Of a stretch of 64,000 bases of DNA, positions 43,178 to 52,960 are shown piece by piece. Numbering within the stretch: position 1 is the first letter of the stretch; every line of letters starts with the position of its first letter. A program made the position numbers and the translations under genes. This DNA is from Dehalococcoidia bacterium (GTDB lineage Bacteria > Chloroflexota > Dehalococcoidia > Lucifugimonadales > UBA3495): assembly GCA_965216425.1 (NCBI GenBank), contig CBDCFV010000006.1, positions 857,070 through 921,069 of the forward strand. The letters run 5' to 3'. The notes under the pieces were generated by a model. It saw only the letters and a list, made by a program, of their open reading frames with translations, had not been told where the DNA came from and did no database searches.

Positions 43178-46100
43178 TTGACCACCCCATTTGTACCACA
43201 AGACGCCGAAGCAAGGAAACGCATCCGGGAGTCCCTCGACGAGACCCTCTTTGTAGAGGCGGGGGCCGGCACCGGCAAGACCACCAGCTTGGTGGACCGC
43301 GTAATGAACCTTGCCACATCCGGCAGGACCACCCTGGACAGGATCGCCGTCATAACCTTCACCGATGCCGCCGCGGCGGAACTGCGCGACCGCATCCGAG
43401 GGTCGTTGGAGAATGCCGCATCCGACGGGACACTGAACGACGATGAGCGGCTCCGCTGCCGACGCGCCCTGACCGACTTGGACCGGTCCTCCATCCAGAC
43501 GCTGCACAGCTTCGCCGGATCCATTCTCCGGGAACGCCCCTTGGAAGCGGGCTTGCCGCCGATATTCGAGACCATGGACGCTATCCAAAGCGACCTGGCT
43601 TTCGACGAAGCTTGGACCGAATGGATTGATTGGAAGTTGGATGAACCGGAGCACGACTCGGACCTGTATCCCGCCCTTTCCTTGGGGTTATCCATAGACC
43701 AGTTGAGATCGGTCGCCCTGGAGTTTCACCAGAACCACGACCTCACCCTGGGAGCGTCATTCGCTGACATTCCGATGCCCCCGGCCTCGGCCGCCCAACA
43801 GTTGATGGATAACTCCGGGGAGCTACAAAGATTGTGCCAGTATTCGAAACTGGGCGACGCGGACCCGCTATACAGCCATGTCCAACGGGTTTTGCTGGCG
43901 GTAAACAGGTTCGTAGAATTGGGAAACGCCTCCCCCTCGGTGTACAGGCAGTTGCAGCGGACACTCCCGATCCGCCAGAACAGGGGCAGGCAGGGTGACT
44001 GGGACCGCGACTCGGCAACTTCCGAGAATACCTGCAAAATCCTGAAGGAACTGCTTGGCGACTTAGATGAAGCGGCCACGGAAGAACTGGCCCAAGCCCA
44101 CCAATCGGCGTTGATGCCGGTACTGCGGGCATTAAAGGATTTCGTGGAAGACTTTGCCAGGAAGCGTAAGAGCGATGGCAGAGCCGGGTTCCACGACCTG
44201 CTGGTGTGGGCCAGGGACCTGTTGCGAGACAACGTTGAGGTGCGCGACCATTTCCGGCGGCGTTTTTCCTATCTCCTGATTGACGAGGCTCAAGACACCG
44301 ACCCGATACAAGCTGAGATCGCGATGTTCATCTCCGAAGGAGATGCCGAAGAGGTTATGGAAGGAGGCGGCCACCTTCCGGCGGTGAACAGGCCTGCGTC
44401 ATGGGACCAAGTCGTCCCCCAACGGGGCAAGTTGTTTGTCGTCGGCGACCCCAAACAGTCGATTTACCGGTTCCGCCGGGCCGACGTCCGTCAAATGAGC
44501 AAACTGCGGCAAGTCATGGGCGGGGATACCGTGCAGTTGGTCCAGAACTTCCGCTCCCAACGCCCAGTGCTGGAGTGGGTCAACCACGTTTACGGGCAGT
44601 GGATGGGCGAGGGTTCTGAGCATCAAGCGAAATACGCTCCAGTCGCTCACCGTTGGGAAGCGGAGACCGCCCATCCGGGCCGCCCCAAGGTCTACCGGCT
44701 CGGTGAAGCTTTGGACGAGAACGTAAACGCTGTAAGAGGGGAAGAGGCCCGGGACATCGCCAACCTGCTGAACACCATAGTCGGCGAGGGGTGGCAAGTC
44801 CTCGATACCGCGCAAACGGCGGAGGCGGGCGAGGAACGGTACACTGACGGCACGTACTCGGATATCTGCATACTCATGCCGAGACGCACCGGCCTCAGGA
44901 CTCTGGAACAGTCGTTGGATGAAGCTGAAGTGCCTTACCGCTTGGAGGGCGCTTCTCTCATCTTCGCCACCCAGGAAGTCATGGACCTGCTGAACTGCCT
45001 GAAGGCCATCGACGATCCGGCGGACCAAGTGGCGACGGTGGCGGCGCTCCGGTCTCCAGCCTTCGCGTGCAGCGATGTAGAATTATTGCGATTCTCTGAG
45101 GGCGGAGGCAAATTCGATTACCTATCGGAGGACAACGTTGCCGGCGGCCGGGTAGCCGAAGCCTTCGGTCTGCTTCAAGATTTCCACGAACACCGGCTCT
45201 GGATGTCCCTGCCGGAATTGATAGACCGGTTCATCCGTGCGCGGCTTCTGATGGAATCGGCCATTGACCATCCAAGGACCAGGGAGCAGTGGCGAAGGTA
45301 CCGCTTCATTGTGGAGCAGGCGCGTTCCTTCATCGAGACAGGCGGCAACTCGCTACGGAAGTTTCTGGAGTGGATAGAACGCCAAGCCGCAGAGGGGGCG
45401 AGAGTGACCGAAACGCCCGTGCCGGAGGGTGACGAAGAAGCGGTCAGGATTATGACCGTACATGCCGCCAAGGGGCTGGAATTCCCCGTAGTGATCCTCA
45501 CGGCGCTGAACTCGCAACGCTCGACCCGCCGGGAGGTCGTCCTCTTTGACCGGGACACGCATACAGTGGAAATATCCGTGGGCCCGGAAGGCCGGAGATT
45601 TGAAACACCGGGCTACGAAACGCTGGCAACCTGGGAGCGTGAGCTTGGCGATGATGAACAAGTCCGGCTGCTATACGTAGCCGCCACGAGGGCGCGGGAC
45701 CACTTGGTGATAAGCCTGCACCGCTCCGCCAAGGGCCGTAATCGTAATACGGACGCTGATAAAATTGCGGAAATTCTGGACGGCGCGGAGAACTTCTGGG
45801 AGCCGGTCCCGCTGGTTGGCGGGACTGCGCCCCAACGCAAGGATGCCTCTGCCAATGGCGTGACCTTGGAAGGTCACTCCCCGGCGGACAGGGAAGAGTG
45901 GCTCTATCGCCGGGCGGAAACCATTCGGCTACAGGGCAGGCCTGTGTCGGTTTCCGCTACCAAGCTGGCCCAAGTGTTGAAGGATGAACCCGATACGGAC
46001 GAACCCTGGAGACGGGGCCGGGGCGGGACTTCGGTGGGAAGGGCCGTCCACTCGGTGCTTCAGACCATAGATCTCTCCACCGGCGACGGCATCGACGAAA

Positions 46101-46552
46101 CATCCCGCGCCCAAGCCGCGGCTGAAGGAATACCCCAGCGGTCAACCGAAGTGGCCCGCTTGGCTCGCGTAGCCGTGGACAGCGAAGTTGTTCGCAGGGC
46201 GGTTGCAGCCTCCCGGTTCTGGCGGGAGGCGCCGGTTGCCGCCCCAATGACCAACGGGGTGTTGCAAGGGTTTATTGACCTGCTGTTTGAAGAGGACGGC
46301 AACCTTATCGTGGTGGACTACAAGACCGACGCGGTGGACTCGGACCATGTTGAGGATGCGGCTGCGAGGTACGGCCCGCAAGGAGGAGCCTATGCCCTGG
46401 CGGTTGAAAGAGCAACGGGGAAACCCGTAACGGAAGTGGTGTTCCTTTTCCTCCACGCCAACCGCTCCGCGTCCCTGCCTGATCTACCCGGATTCGCCGC
46501 CCACGCAGAATCAGCCGCTGAGGATCACCTGAACAACGCCGAAGTCCGTTAG
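43178..46552 (+). CDS. AddA/AdnB-like UvrD-family helicase with C-terminal RecB-type nuclease
   Basis: Walker A VEAGAGTGKTT, LIDEAQDTDP, VGDPKQSIYRFRRAD, TVHAAKGLEFPVV, YVAATRAR. Nuclease GFIDLLFEEDGNLIVVDYKTD. TTG start with a GGGAGG Shine-Dalgarno. Confidence 0.85.
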   Translation: MTTPFVPQDAEARKRIRESLDETLFVEAGAGTGKTTSLVDRVMNLATSGRTTLDRIAVITFTDAAAAELRDRIRGSLENAASDGTLNDDERLRCRRALTDLDRSSIQTLHSFAGSILRERPLEAGLPPIFETMDAIQSDLAFDEAWTEWIDWKLDEPEHDSDLYPALSLGLSIDQLRSVALEFHQNHDLTLGASFADIPMPPASAAQQLMDNSGELQRLCQYSKLGDADPLYSHVQRVLLAVNRFVELGNASPSVYRQLQRTLPIRQNRGRQGDWDRDSATSENTCKILKELLGDLDEAATEELAQAHQSALMPVLRALKDFVEDFARKRKSDGRAGFHDLLVWARDLLRDNVEVRDHFRRRFSYLLIDEAQDTDPIQAEIAMFISEGDAEEVMEGGGHLPAVNRPASWDQVVPQRGKLFVVGDPKQSIYRFRRADVRQMSKLRQVMGGDTVQLVQNFRSQRPVLEWVNHVYGQWMGEGSEHQAKYAPVAHRWEAETAHPGRPKVYRLGEALDENVNAVRGEEARDIANLLNTIVGEGWQVLDTAQTAEAGEERYTDGTYSDICILMPRRTGLRTLEQSLDEAEVPYRLEGASLIFATQEVMDLLNCLKAIDDPADQVATVAALRSPAFACSDVELLRFSEGGGKFDYLSEDNVAGGRVAEAFGLLQDFHEHRLWMSLPELIDRFIRARLLMESAIDHPRTREQWRRYRFIVEQARSFIETGGNSLRKFLEWIERQAAEGARVTETPVPEGDEEAVRIMTVHAAKGLEFPVVILTALNSQRSTRREVVLFDRDTHTVEISVGPEGRRFETPGYETLATWERELGDDEQVRLLYVAATRARDHLVISLHRSAKGRNRNTDADKIAEILDGAENFWEPVPLVGGTAPQRKDASANGVTLEGHSPADREEWLYRRAETIRLQGRPVSVSATKLAQVLKDEPDTDEPWRRGRGGTSVGRAVHSVLQTIDLSTGDGIDETSRAQAAAEGIPQRSTEVARLARVAVDSEVVRRAVAASRFWREAPVAAPMTNGVLQGFIDLLFEEDGNLIVVDYKTDAVDSDHVEDAAARYGPQGGAYALAVERATGKPVTEVVFLFLHANRSASLPDLPGFAAHAESAAEDHLNNAEVR

Positions 46553-47505
46553 CTCAAAAGCTTCCGTGACAGGTTTTCGAACATATCGTCCACCATGTCC
46601 TCAAGGCCGTACTCGGGACGCCATCCCCACTCCTGGCGAGCGGCGGTGTCGTCCAATGAGTTGGGCCAGGAGTCGGCGATATACTGGCGCAGTGGGTCTA
46701 CGTGGTAGTCAATAGTGAAACCCGGCACACGCCGCCTGATGGCATCGGCCAATTCTTCCGGCTCGAAGCTCATGGAGTTGACGTTGTAATCGGCGTGGCG
46801 CCGAAGGCCTTCTATGTCCGCCTCGGCAACTTCTATCATAGCCTTGATGGCATCGGGCACGTACATCATCGGCAGGTAGGTGCCGGGCCGTAGATAGCAA
46901 CTGTACCTCCCTTCACGTATGGCCCCGTAGAAGGCGTCAACGGCATAGTCCGTCGTACCGCCTCCCGGTTCCACCTTCCAACTTATCACGCCGGGCAACC
47001 TTACGCCCCGGACATCCAAGCCCACGCGCTCGAAGAAATAGTTGCCCATCAACTCGCCAAACACCTTGGAGATGCCGTACAAGGAAGTGGGGCGTTGCAG
47101 GGTCTCGTTGGGAGTGTTGTCGTGGGGTGTGTCCAAACCGAAAGCAGCGATGGAGCTTGGAATGATCACCCGCTCCAATTCAGCGCCACAGGCAGCCTCC
47201 AGCACATTCAACAGACCGTTTATGTTAACCCGGTGGGAAAGGGGACGATTGGCTTCCGCCGCCACCGACAGCAACGATGCCAGATGGTACACTGAGTCTA
47301 TCCCGTAGTCTTTGATAACCCGTTCCACCGAGTTCTGGTCGGTGACATCGACCATGGTCGACGGACCGGTGTTGGAGACTTCTTCGGTCAGCGGGCTGCG
47401 GTGCCGGGCGGCGACAACGTTGTCCCCGCCGTATCTATCACGCAAGGCGGGCACTAGCTCGGAGCCAAGCTGTCCGGCCGCGCCGGTAACGAGTATTCGC
47501 TTCAT
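46549..47505 (-). CDS. tdh: SDR-type (UDP-glucose-4-epimerase-like) L-threonine 3-dehydrogenase
   Basis: MKRILVTGAAGQLGSELVPALRDRYG, GGGTTDYAVDAFY, LPMMYVPDAIKA, IADSWPNSLDD match the remembered extended-SDR TDH family. Start at internal ATG 47505. Confidence 0.7.
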   Translation of the reverse strand: MKRILVTGAAGQLGSELVPALRDRYGGDNVVAARHRSPLTEEVSNTGPSTMVDVTDQNSVERVIKDYGIDSVYHLASLLSVAAEANRPLSHRVNINGLLNVLEAACGAELERVIIPSSIAAFGLDTPHDNTPNETLQRPTSLYGISKVFGELMGNYFFERVGLDVRGVRLPGVISWKVEPGGGTTDYAVDAFYGAIREGRYSCYLRPGTYLPMMYVPDAIKAMIEVAEADIEGLRRHADYNVNSMSFEPEELADAIRRRVPGFTIDYHVDPLRQYIADSWPNSLDDTAARQEWGWRPEYGLEDMVDDMFENLSRKLLS

Positions 47506-47643
47506 TCGATTAGAATAACGGCATTGCCCCAATTGGGGCAATGCTAGCATATCAGCGGACACCGCTTCCTGTACCGGCAGTCAACCATTAGAAACTATCT
47601 CAGAACCGACTGGTTCCGCTGACAACACCTCCTCGCTCACTCA

Positions 47644-47716
47644 GGCCTATGGATTCCCGCCTGCGCGGGAATGACTGGTTCGGTGCTGTAACAAGTTTTG
47701 AGATAGTTTCTTAGTA
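47644..47716. repeat. About 73-bp composite repeat (palindrome plus GTTTTGAGATAGTTTCTTAGT), copy 1
   Basis: GGCCTATGGATTCCCGCCTGCGCGGGAATGACTGGTTCGGTGCTGTAACAAGTTTTGAGATAGTTTCTTAGTA. Confidence 0.85.
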
Positions 47717-47890
47717 GTTGGTGACCGTGCCGGATCAAGACGTATTGACGTATTATGGTAAACTCACACGGGACTACCAAGGGTAACGATGTATCGGAGG
47801 TGCTCAACAAATAACCGGTACCGGACCAGCGGCCTTTAGGGACTATGTCAAAACCAATCAGTCTCGCTGATTTCCCTACGTAGCTGACCG

Positions 47891-47963
47891 AGGCCTTTAG
47901 ATTCCCGCCTGCGCGGGAATGACGGGTTGGGTACTGCGACAAGTTTTGAGATAGTTTCTTAGT
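47891..47963. repeat. About 73-bp composite repeat, copy 2 (direct, 247 bp downstream of copy 1)
   Basis: GGCCTTTAGATTCCCGCCTGCGCGGGAATGACGGGTTGGGTACTGCGACAAGTTTTGAGATAGTTTCTTAGTC. Confidence 0.85.
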
Positions 47964-48028
47964 CAGGAACTGGCATATGGGCCGAGGGGTTTCCTGAGTC
48001 CCAATCCATTGATAACTGGACGAGGTCT

Positions 48029-49420
48029 ATGAGTATATTCTGGCGCCACGGCCGCGTCGCCGTAACAGTATTAATGGCGATCCTAACCGTCGGATTCTTT
48101 TTTGGTCGGCCGGCAATAGCCCACGCGGCTGGAGTCGACAGCGAGTCCCAGTTCATTCTCAACACCTTTGCGTTCTTAATCTGGGGCGCCCTTGTGATGT
48201 GGATGTGCGCCGGATTCACGATGCTCGAGTCGGGCTCGGTCCGCACCAAGAACGCATCCATGATCTGCTTAAAGAACATCGGACTGTACTCGATCGCCGG
48301 GCTGGCCTTCTTCTTCATCGGCTACAACCTCATGTACGTCGGCGTGGACAAGTTCGCCGGCGTCATCGGCTCGTTCAAGATTCTCTACGGTCCGTCCGCC
48401 GATGAGATCGCCATGTTGAGTGGAGATACTGACGCATTGACCAAGGTTGTGGACAGCGGAAAGGCCGTCATGTCTGACTGGTTCTTCCAGATGGTATTCG
48501 TGGCTACCACCGCTTCGATTGTGTCGGGCGCAATAGCCGAACGGATCAAGATATGGCCTTTCTTCCTGTTCACGCTGTTGCTGACTGGGTTAATCTACCC
48601 CATCGTCGGCGCTTGGACCTGGGGCGGTGGCTGGCTGGCAGACCTTGGTTTCAAGGACTTCGCAGGCTCCACCATAGTGCACGGCACCGGCGGTTGGGCG
48701 GCTCTTGCGGGCGTGATGGTCGTCGGGCCCAGGTTGGGCAAGTTCCGCCGCGACGGCGGCGCCAGGTCAACGCCCCCTTCCAACGTTCTGGTGGTGACCT
48801 TGGGGGTATTCATTTTGTGGCTGGGTTGGTTCGGCTTCAACGGCGGGTCGCAACTGGCCTTGGGAAGCGCGGTCGACGCCGTGGGGATGAGCAACGTGCT
48901 GGTCAACACCAACCTAGCGGCCGCTGCCGGGGTGATGGCAGCCCTCGCCGTCTCCCGTCCCCTCCTGGGCCGCATGGACTTGTTTGCCGGACTGAACGGC
49001 GCCATCGCCGGCCTTGTCTCCATCACTGCCGGCCCCGACATCGTCCAACCTTACTGGGCGGTCATCATAGGCGCCATAGGCGGCATCATATGCACCGGCG
49101 GGCTGAAGCTCCTGGAGATTGTCAAGCTGGATGACGTTGTCGGGGCAATTCCGGCCCACCTGTTCGCCGGCATCTGGGGTACCTTGGCGGTCTGCATTGT
49201 CGGTGGCGGCTTAATCCATATCCAGTTGCTCGGCATCGTAGCAATAGGAGTGTTCACGTTCGGCACCTCGTGGCTGCTGTGGAAAGGAATCGATTTAGCG
49301 CTAGGATTAAGAGTATCGCGTCAAGTCGAACAATTGGGCCAGGATGCCGGAGAGCTTGGGCTGGAAGCCTACCCTGAATTCGTGCTTATGCCAGAAGAGT
49401 TCTACGACGAAGACGACTGA
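48029..49420 (+). CDS. amtB: Ammonium transporter (Amt/MEP family) with signal peptide
   Basis: FAFLIWGALVMWMCAGFTMLESG, DFAGSTIVHGTGGWAALAG, GWFGFNGGS, AIPAHLFAGIWGTL: canonical Amt motifs. Confidence 0.95.
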   Translation: MSIFWRHGRVAVTVLMAILTVGFFFGRPAIAHAAGVDSESQFILNTFAFLIWGALVMWMCAGFTMLESGSVRTKNASMICLKNIGLYSIAGLAFFFIGYNLMYVGVDKFAGVIGSFKILYGPSADEIAMLSGDTDALTKVVDSGKAVMSDWFFQMVFVATTASIVSGAIAERIKIWPFFLFTLLLTGLIYPIVGAWTWGGGWLADLGFKDFAGSTIVHGTGGWAALAGVMVVGPRLGKFRRDGGARSTPPSNVLVVTLGVFILWLGWFGFNGGSQLALGSAVDAVGMSNVLVNTNLAAAAGVMAALAVSRPLLGRMDLFAGLNGAIAGLVSITAGPDIVQPYWAVIIGAIGGIICTGGLKLLEIVKLDDVVGAIPAHLFAGIWGTLAVCIVGGGLIHIQLLGIVAIGVFTFGTSWLLWKGIDLALGLRVSRQVEQLGQDAGELGLEAYPEFVLMPEEFYDEDD

Positions 49421-49493
49421 CGTGCCCCCTCTGCGGAGGGGTGGCTGGTAGGTGGAACCCGTCTAACCGGGAACAAATTCCATCGGAGGCGCT

Positions 49494-49928
49494 ATGGAGG
49501 CTCTTCGGAAACCGATAGAGCTCTATATGGTTGCCGTTGCCGCAGTGGTGGCGGTTTTCTTCATCATCAGCCCGTTCCTGGTCAAGTCATTCAATGTGAT
49601 GACCGTATGGCGTGTGGTGGACGTATTGATGGTGATCGGGTTGGCGCTGGCGTTGATTTTCAATTACGCCCGCAAGAAGGAGGAGTGTGGGCGCGACCCC
49701 GAGGGACCTGTTACCCGCCGGTACTTGGAGGCCAACGCCGCTTTCTACCTGACCGTTGGCCTTATGATTCTGTTGCTGCACAACTGGTTTTCGTTTCTGG
49801 CACTGGGTGAGCAGAACCTTAACGAAACCGATACAGCCTGGGTCATCTGGGCGGTCGTTGACGTGATGTTGCCGATTACCTTGGGTGTCACGGGAATCCG
49901 CCTCTGGCAAGCGGGTTCCCGGGCCTGA
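49494..49928 (+). CDS. Hypothetical four-TM membrane protein
   Basis: Four hydrophobic segments. 73 nt downstream of amt on the same strand. No family recognised. Confidence 0.45.
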   Translation: MEALRKPIELYMVAVAAVVAVFFIISPFLVKSFNVMTVWRVVDVLMVIGLALALIFNYARKKEECGRDPEGPVTRRYLEANAAFYLTVGLMILLLHNWFSFLALGEQNLNETDTAWVIWAVVDVMLPITLGVTGIRLWQAGSRA

Positions 49929-49977
49929 CCTATACCGGACCTGTCCCGGAAAAGAGGATCGTTGGGGCGTTTCCCGG

Positions 49978-50757
49978 CTACAGCGGAAGCACCTTCCCAG
50001 CTTCTCTCAGCCGGCGGCGGCGTTGTTGCGCGTCAGGCAAAACTTGGACTACCAAATTCCAAAAGTCCGCCGAGTGGTTCATGACGCTCAGATGGGCGAG
50101 TTCGTGCACCACGATGTACTCGACTAACGATGGATCGAGCATCATCATCCGCCAGTTGAAGCGCAGAGTACCATCGTGGGCGCAGCTTCCCCACCGGCTG
50201 CGCTGGTTTCGGATGAGTATCCGAGACTTATTCCCGACACCCAACCGGTCCCACCAACGGTCCACTTCCGCCGGCAGGTGTTCTGCAGCGCGGGCTTGAT
50301 ACCAACCGACAACTGCCTCACGGATTTGGCTGGCATGGTCATTCAAGTTCTCGCCGTGGGGCGCGGCGATGTAGAAGGTCCAATGGTCGAGGCTTACTGT
50401 GGGCGACGCAATGCCGGCGAATTCCACGACCAGGCGCACATCTCGGCCCAAATACGGCAGGGTTTCCCCGCTAACGAACCGCTTGGGCGGCGCTTCCTGT
50501 GCTGCCTCGGACATACGTCCGATAATCCAGGAAGCCTTCTTGAGAACAATCTGCTGTATCTCGCGCTTGGGCAGTTTCGACGGAGCCATAACGTACACAT
50601 CGCCGCTTTCCAGCGTAATCTGGACAGTCTTCTTGCGGCGGACGCTTCGCCGTATTTCGTAGTCGACGACCGTGTTGCCAATGCGGACTCTATCGCGGTT
50701 GAGCACAGTTACAATCTTCTCCTGACCCATTTCATCCGCATAACCCCGCATTTTCAC
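49978..50757 (-). CDS. YgjP/DUF45-family (SprT-like, M48 clan) metallohydrolase
   Basis: RSRWGSCAHDGTLRFNWRMMMLDPSLVEYIVVHELAHLSVMNHSADFW carries the HExxH and matches the DUF45 pattern. Confidence 0.8.
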   Translation of the reverse strand: MKMRGYADEMGQEKIVTVLNRDRVRIGNTVVDYEIRRSVRRKKTVQITLESGDVYVMAPSKLPKREIQQIVLKKASWIIGRMSEAAQEAPPKRFVSGETLPYLGRDVRLVVEFAGIASPTVSLDHWTFYIAAPHGENLNDHASQIREAVVGWYQARAAEHLPAEVDRWWDRLGVGNKSRILIRNQRSRWGSCAHDGTLRFNWRMMMLDPSLVEYIVVHELAHLSVMNHSADFWNLVVQVLPDAQQRRRRLREAGKVLPL

Positions 50758-50801
50758 ATTGGTTCCTTCGGCCTGTCACCTGCCGACAACGTTCCCCGCC
50801 T

Positions 50802-52478
50802 CTAAACCTCAAGTATCCGTTTCGAGACATCCCTCGCATCATCCAAGGTTTCAACTATGTTGTCGGAAGGAACGTGTTTCAGGACGTTGAGCCCCCGGAG
50901 GTTCCTGGCAACCCCGCCTCTAAGACCCATCACGACGCAATCGGTGTCTTCGGCTATGGCCACGTCGATCAACTGCTCCACCAACAAGGCCGCGCTGTCG
51001 TCCATGTATACGGTGTTGGAGAAGTCGAGGATCACGACTTCATGCTCCCCGATGTCCGTACTGATGGTGTCGATAAGCTTGTTGGAGGATGCGACGGAAA
51101 AGCTCCCTCTCAAGGCCACCAATCCAACCCGGGCCGAAAAGTCGTCGTCGCCATCCTGAATTCCGAGGAAACTCTGGTCCAGCAACGGCGTCGAAACGAC
51201 GCTGTCCAACTCCAGCCGCTCGAACTGCCGCGCACTGGCCATCCCCGCGGCTATGAAGCCTATCGCAACGGCGGTTACAAGGTCGAGAAACACCGTGAGT
51301 CCCATGGTGATTAGCATCACCAGCAGGTGTTCCCGTTGAACGTGATGAATTCTGGTGAGGAAACGCCAATCTATAATGTCCCAGCCGACCTTGATCAAGA
51401 TGCCGGCAAGGACGGCGTGGGGTATGGACTCAACGTATTTGCCAAGGCCCAGCACCAGTGCCATCAGAATCGCCGCCCTCAACACTCCGGACATGCGAGT
51501 CCGCCCGCCGGCGCGAATGTTCACCACCGTTCCCATGGTGGCTCCCGCCCCCGGCAGGCCGCCGACAAACCCAGCCATCATGTTGCCAATTCCTTGGCCC
51601 ACTAACTCCCGGTTGGCGTTATGGCGGGTCCGCGTCAGCGAGTCGGCTATCAGGGAGGTAAGCAGGCTGTCGATGGAGCCGAGCAGCGCAATGGTCAGCG
51701 CCGGTTGCACTGCGTTGGTTAATATGTGGACCGAAAGGTCGGGCAGGCGGGGCATAGGCAGCCCGGTAGGTACGTCTCCGATGACCGGCGTGTTGGTCAG
51801 CCACAACACGCCCAGCAGCGTCCCGGCAATCAGGGCCGCCAATGTGGGAGGCATGTACTTCCTTAGCTGCTTGGGCCATAACACCCCAACAACGAGCGTG
51901 ACGCCCGCGATGGCTAAAGCCTCGAAGTTGATCCCTTGTATCGCGGCGGGCCAAGACCGCACCGCCCCCAGCGGTCCGCCCGCAGAGACCGCCGCGCCCA
52001 TGAAAGGCAGCGTCTGCAACAGGATGATGATTACGCCAATGCCCGACATGAACCCGGAGATCACCGAATACGGAGTAAAAGCCACAAAACGGCCGATTCT
52101 CAGCACGCCCAGAATGACTTGTATCAAACCCGCCATTATGGCTATGGTGAAGGCCTCGGCCAAGCTGCCGGCGTGGGTGGTGACGACCACGGCCATTGCC
52201 ACGGCCATTGGCCCGGTGGGCCCGGATATTTGTGACCGCGTCCCGCCGAACACGGCCGCGAAGAAACCGACCGCAATTGCCCCGTATATGCCAGCAAGCG
52301 CGCCCAAACCCGACGCTACGCCGAAGGCCAACGCCACCGGCAGTCCTACCACCGCCGCCGTGATTCCGCCGAAAACGTCCCCTCGGAACGTTTGCAGGTC
52401 GTAGCTCAACAGCGCCTTCGATGACTTCTGGAGATATGAAGCCGCGATGTTCATCCCACCATCCCCCAGTCCTGACAT
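50802..52478 (-). CDS. SulP-family anion permease with C-terminal STAS domain
   Basis: DVFGGITAAVVGLPVALAFGVASG N-terminal SulP motif, about 11 TM segments, C-terminal STAS (VVILDFSNTVYMDDSAALLVEQL). The start could be 52478 or 52454. Confidence 0.9.
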   Translation of the reverse strand: MSGLGDGGMNIAASYLQKSSKALLSYDLQTFRGDVFGGITAAVVGLPVALAFGVASGLGALAGIYGAIAVGFFAAVFGGTRSQISGPTGPMAVAMAVVVTTHAGSLAEAFTIAIMAGLIQVILGVLRIGRFVAFTPYSVISGFMSGIGVIIILLQTLPFMGAAVSAGGPLGAVRSWPAAIQGINFEALAIAGVTLVVGVLWPKQLRKYMPPTLAALIAGTLLGVLWLTNTPVIGDVPTGLPMPRLPDLSVHILTNAVQPALTIALLGSIDSLLTSLIADSLTRTRHNANRELVGQGIGNMMAGFVGGLPGAGATMGTVVNIRAGGRTRMSGVLRAAILMALVLGLGKYVESIPHAVLAGILIKVGWDIIDWRFLTRIHHVQREHLLVMLITMGLTVFLDLVTAVAIGFIAAGMASARQFERLELDSVVSTPLLDQSFLGIQDGDDDFSARVGLVALRGSFSVASSNKLIDTISTDIGEHEVVILDFSNTVYMDDSAALLVEQLIDVAIAEDTDCVVMGLRGGVARNLRGLNVLKHVPSDNIVETLDDARDVSKRILEV

Positions 52479-52817
52479 TCCATGCCGTCAACGGGCATTG
52501 CCCTCGGCGCGAGCCTGATAAGATTATCCCTTTCCCAGCCGTTGCTCAACAATCTCATTCCTCTACCGGTGTCGCAATACTGTAGCGTGTGGAACATCCT
52601 ATCGCAATCTGGCTCACGTTAAGGTTGCCGGTAACCTTTATATTCGACGAACATCGTACAGATGCACAAGAATGTCACCTCACCACAGGCAATGACAATA
52701 ATCTGCTATCACAGCTTGCGGGTTACGCCGGTCTATACGAAACAAGTTGGGTACGGGAATCGTCAGGAACTTTGAAAACATTCTCTTGCGTGTCGGAACT
52801 GGGTGTTACAACATTGC

Positions 52818-52846
52818 TTGACCCAGTAGTAAAGTTACGCTAAACT
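52818..52846 (+). promoter_or_regulatory. Candidate sigma70-type promoter for the ABC transporter operon
   Basis: TTGACC (52818-52823), 17-nt spacer, TAAACT (52841-52846), about 115 nt upstream of the ATG at 52961. Confidence 0.35.
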
Positions 52847-52960
52847 CACCCGGTTTGTTTACGGTATGCCCCAAGCGTCATGGGCCGTTAATGTCCCATT
52901 GTCTGATTGCCCTTTGAGGCGCAAGGTATACCCACTTCCAATCGTTACGGAGGACTAGGA

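Noticed and set aside
47717-47890. Glutamine (glnA-type) riboswitch or other structured leader upstream of amt.
   Set aside because: No GGACGGAAG-type core or conserved pseudoknot sequence is recognisable by eye. The segment is merely the spacer between two repeat copies. A covariance-model scan would be needed to be sure.
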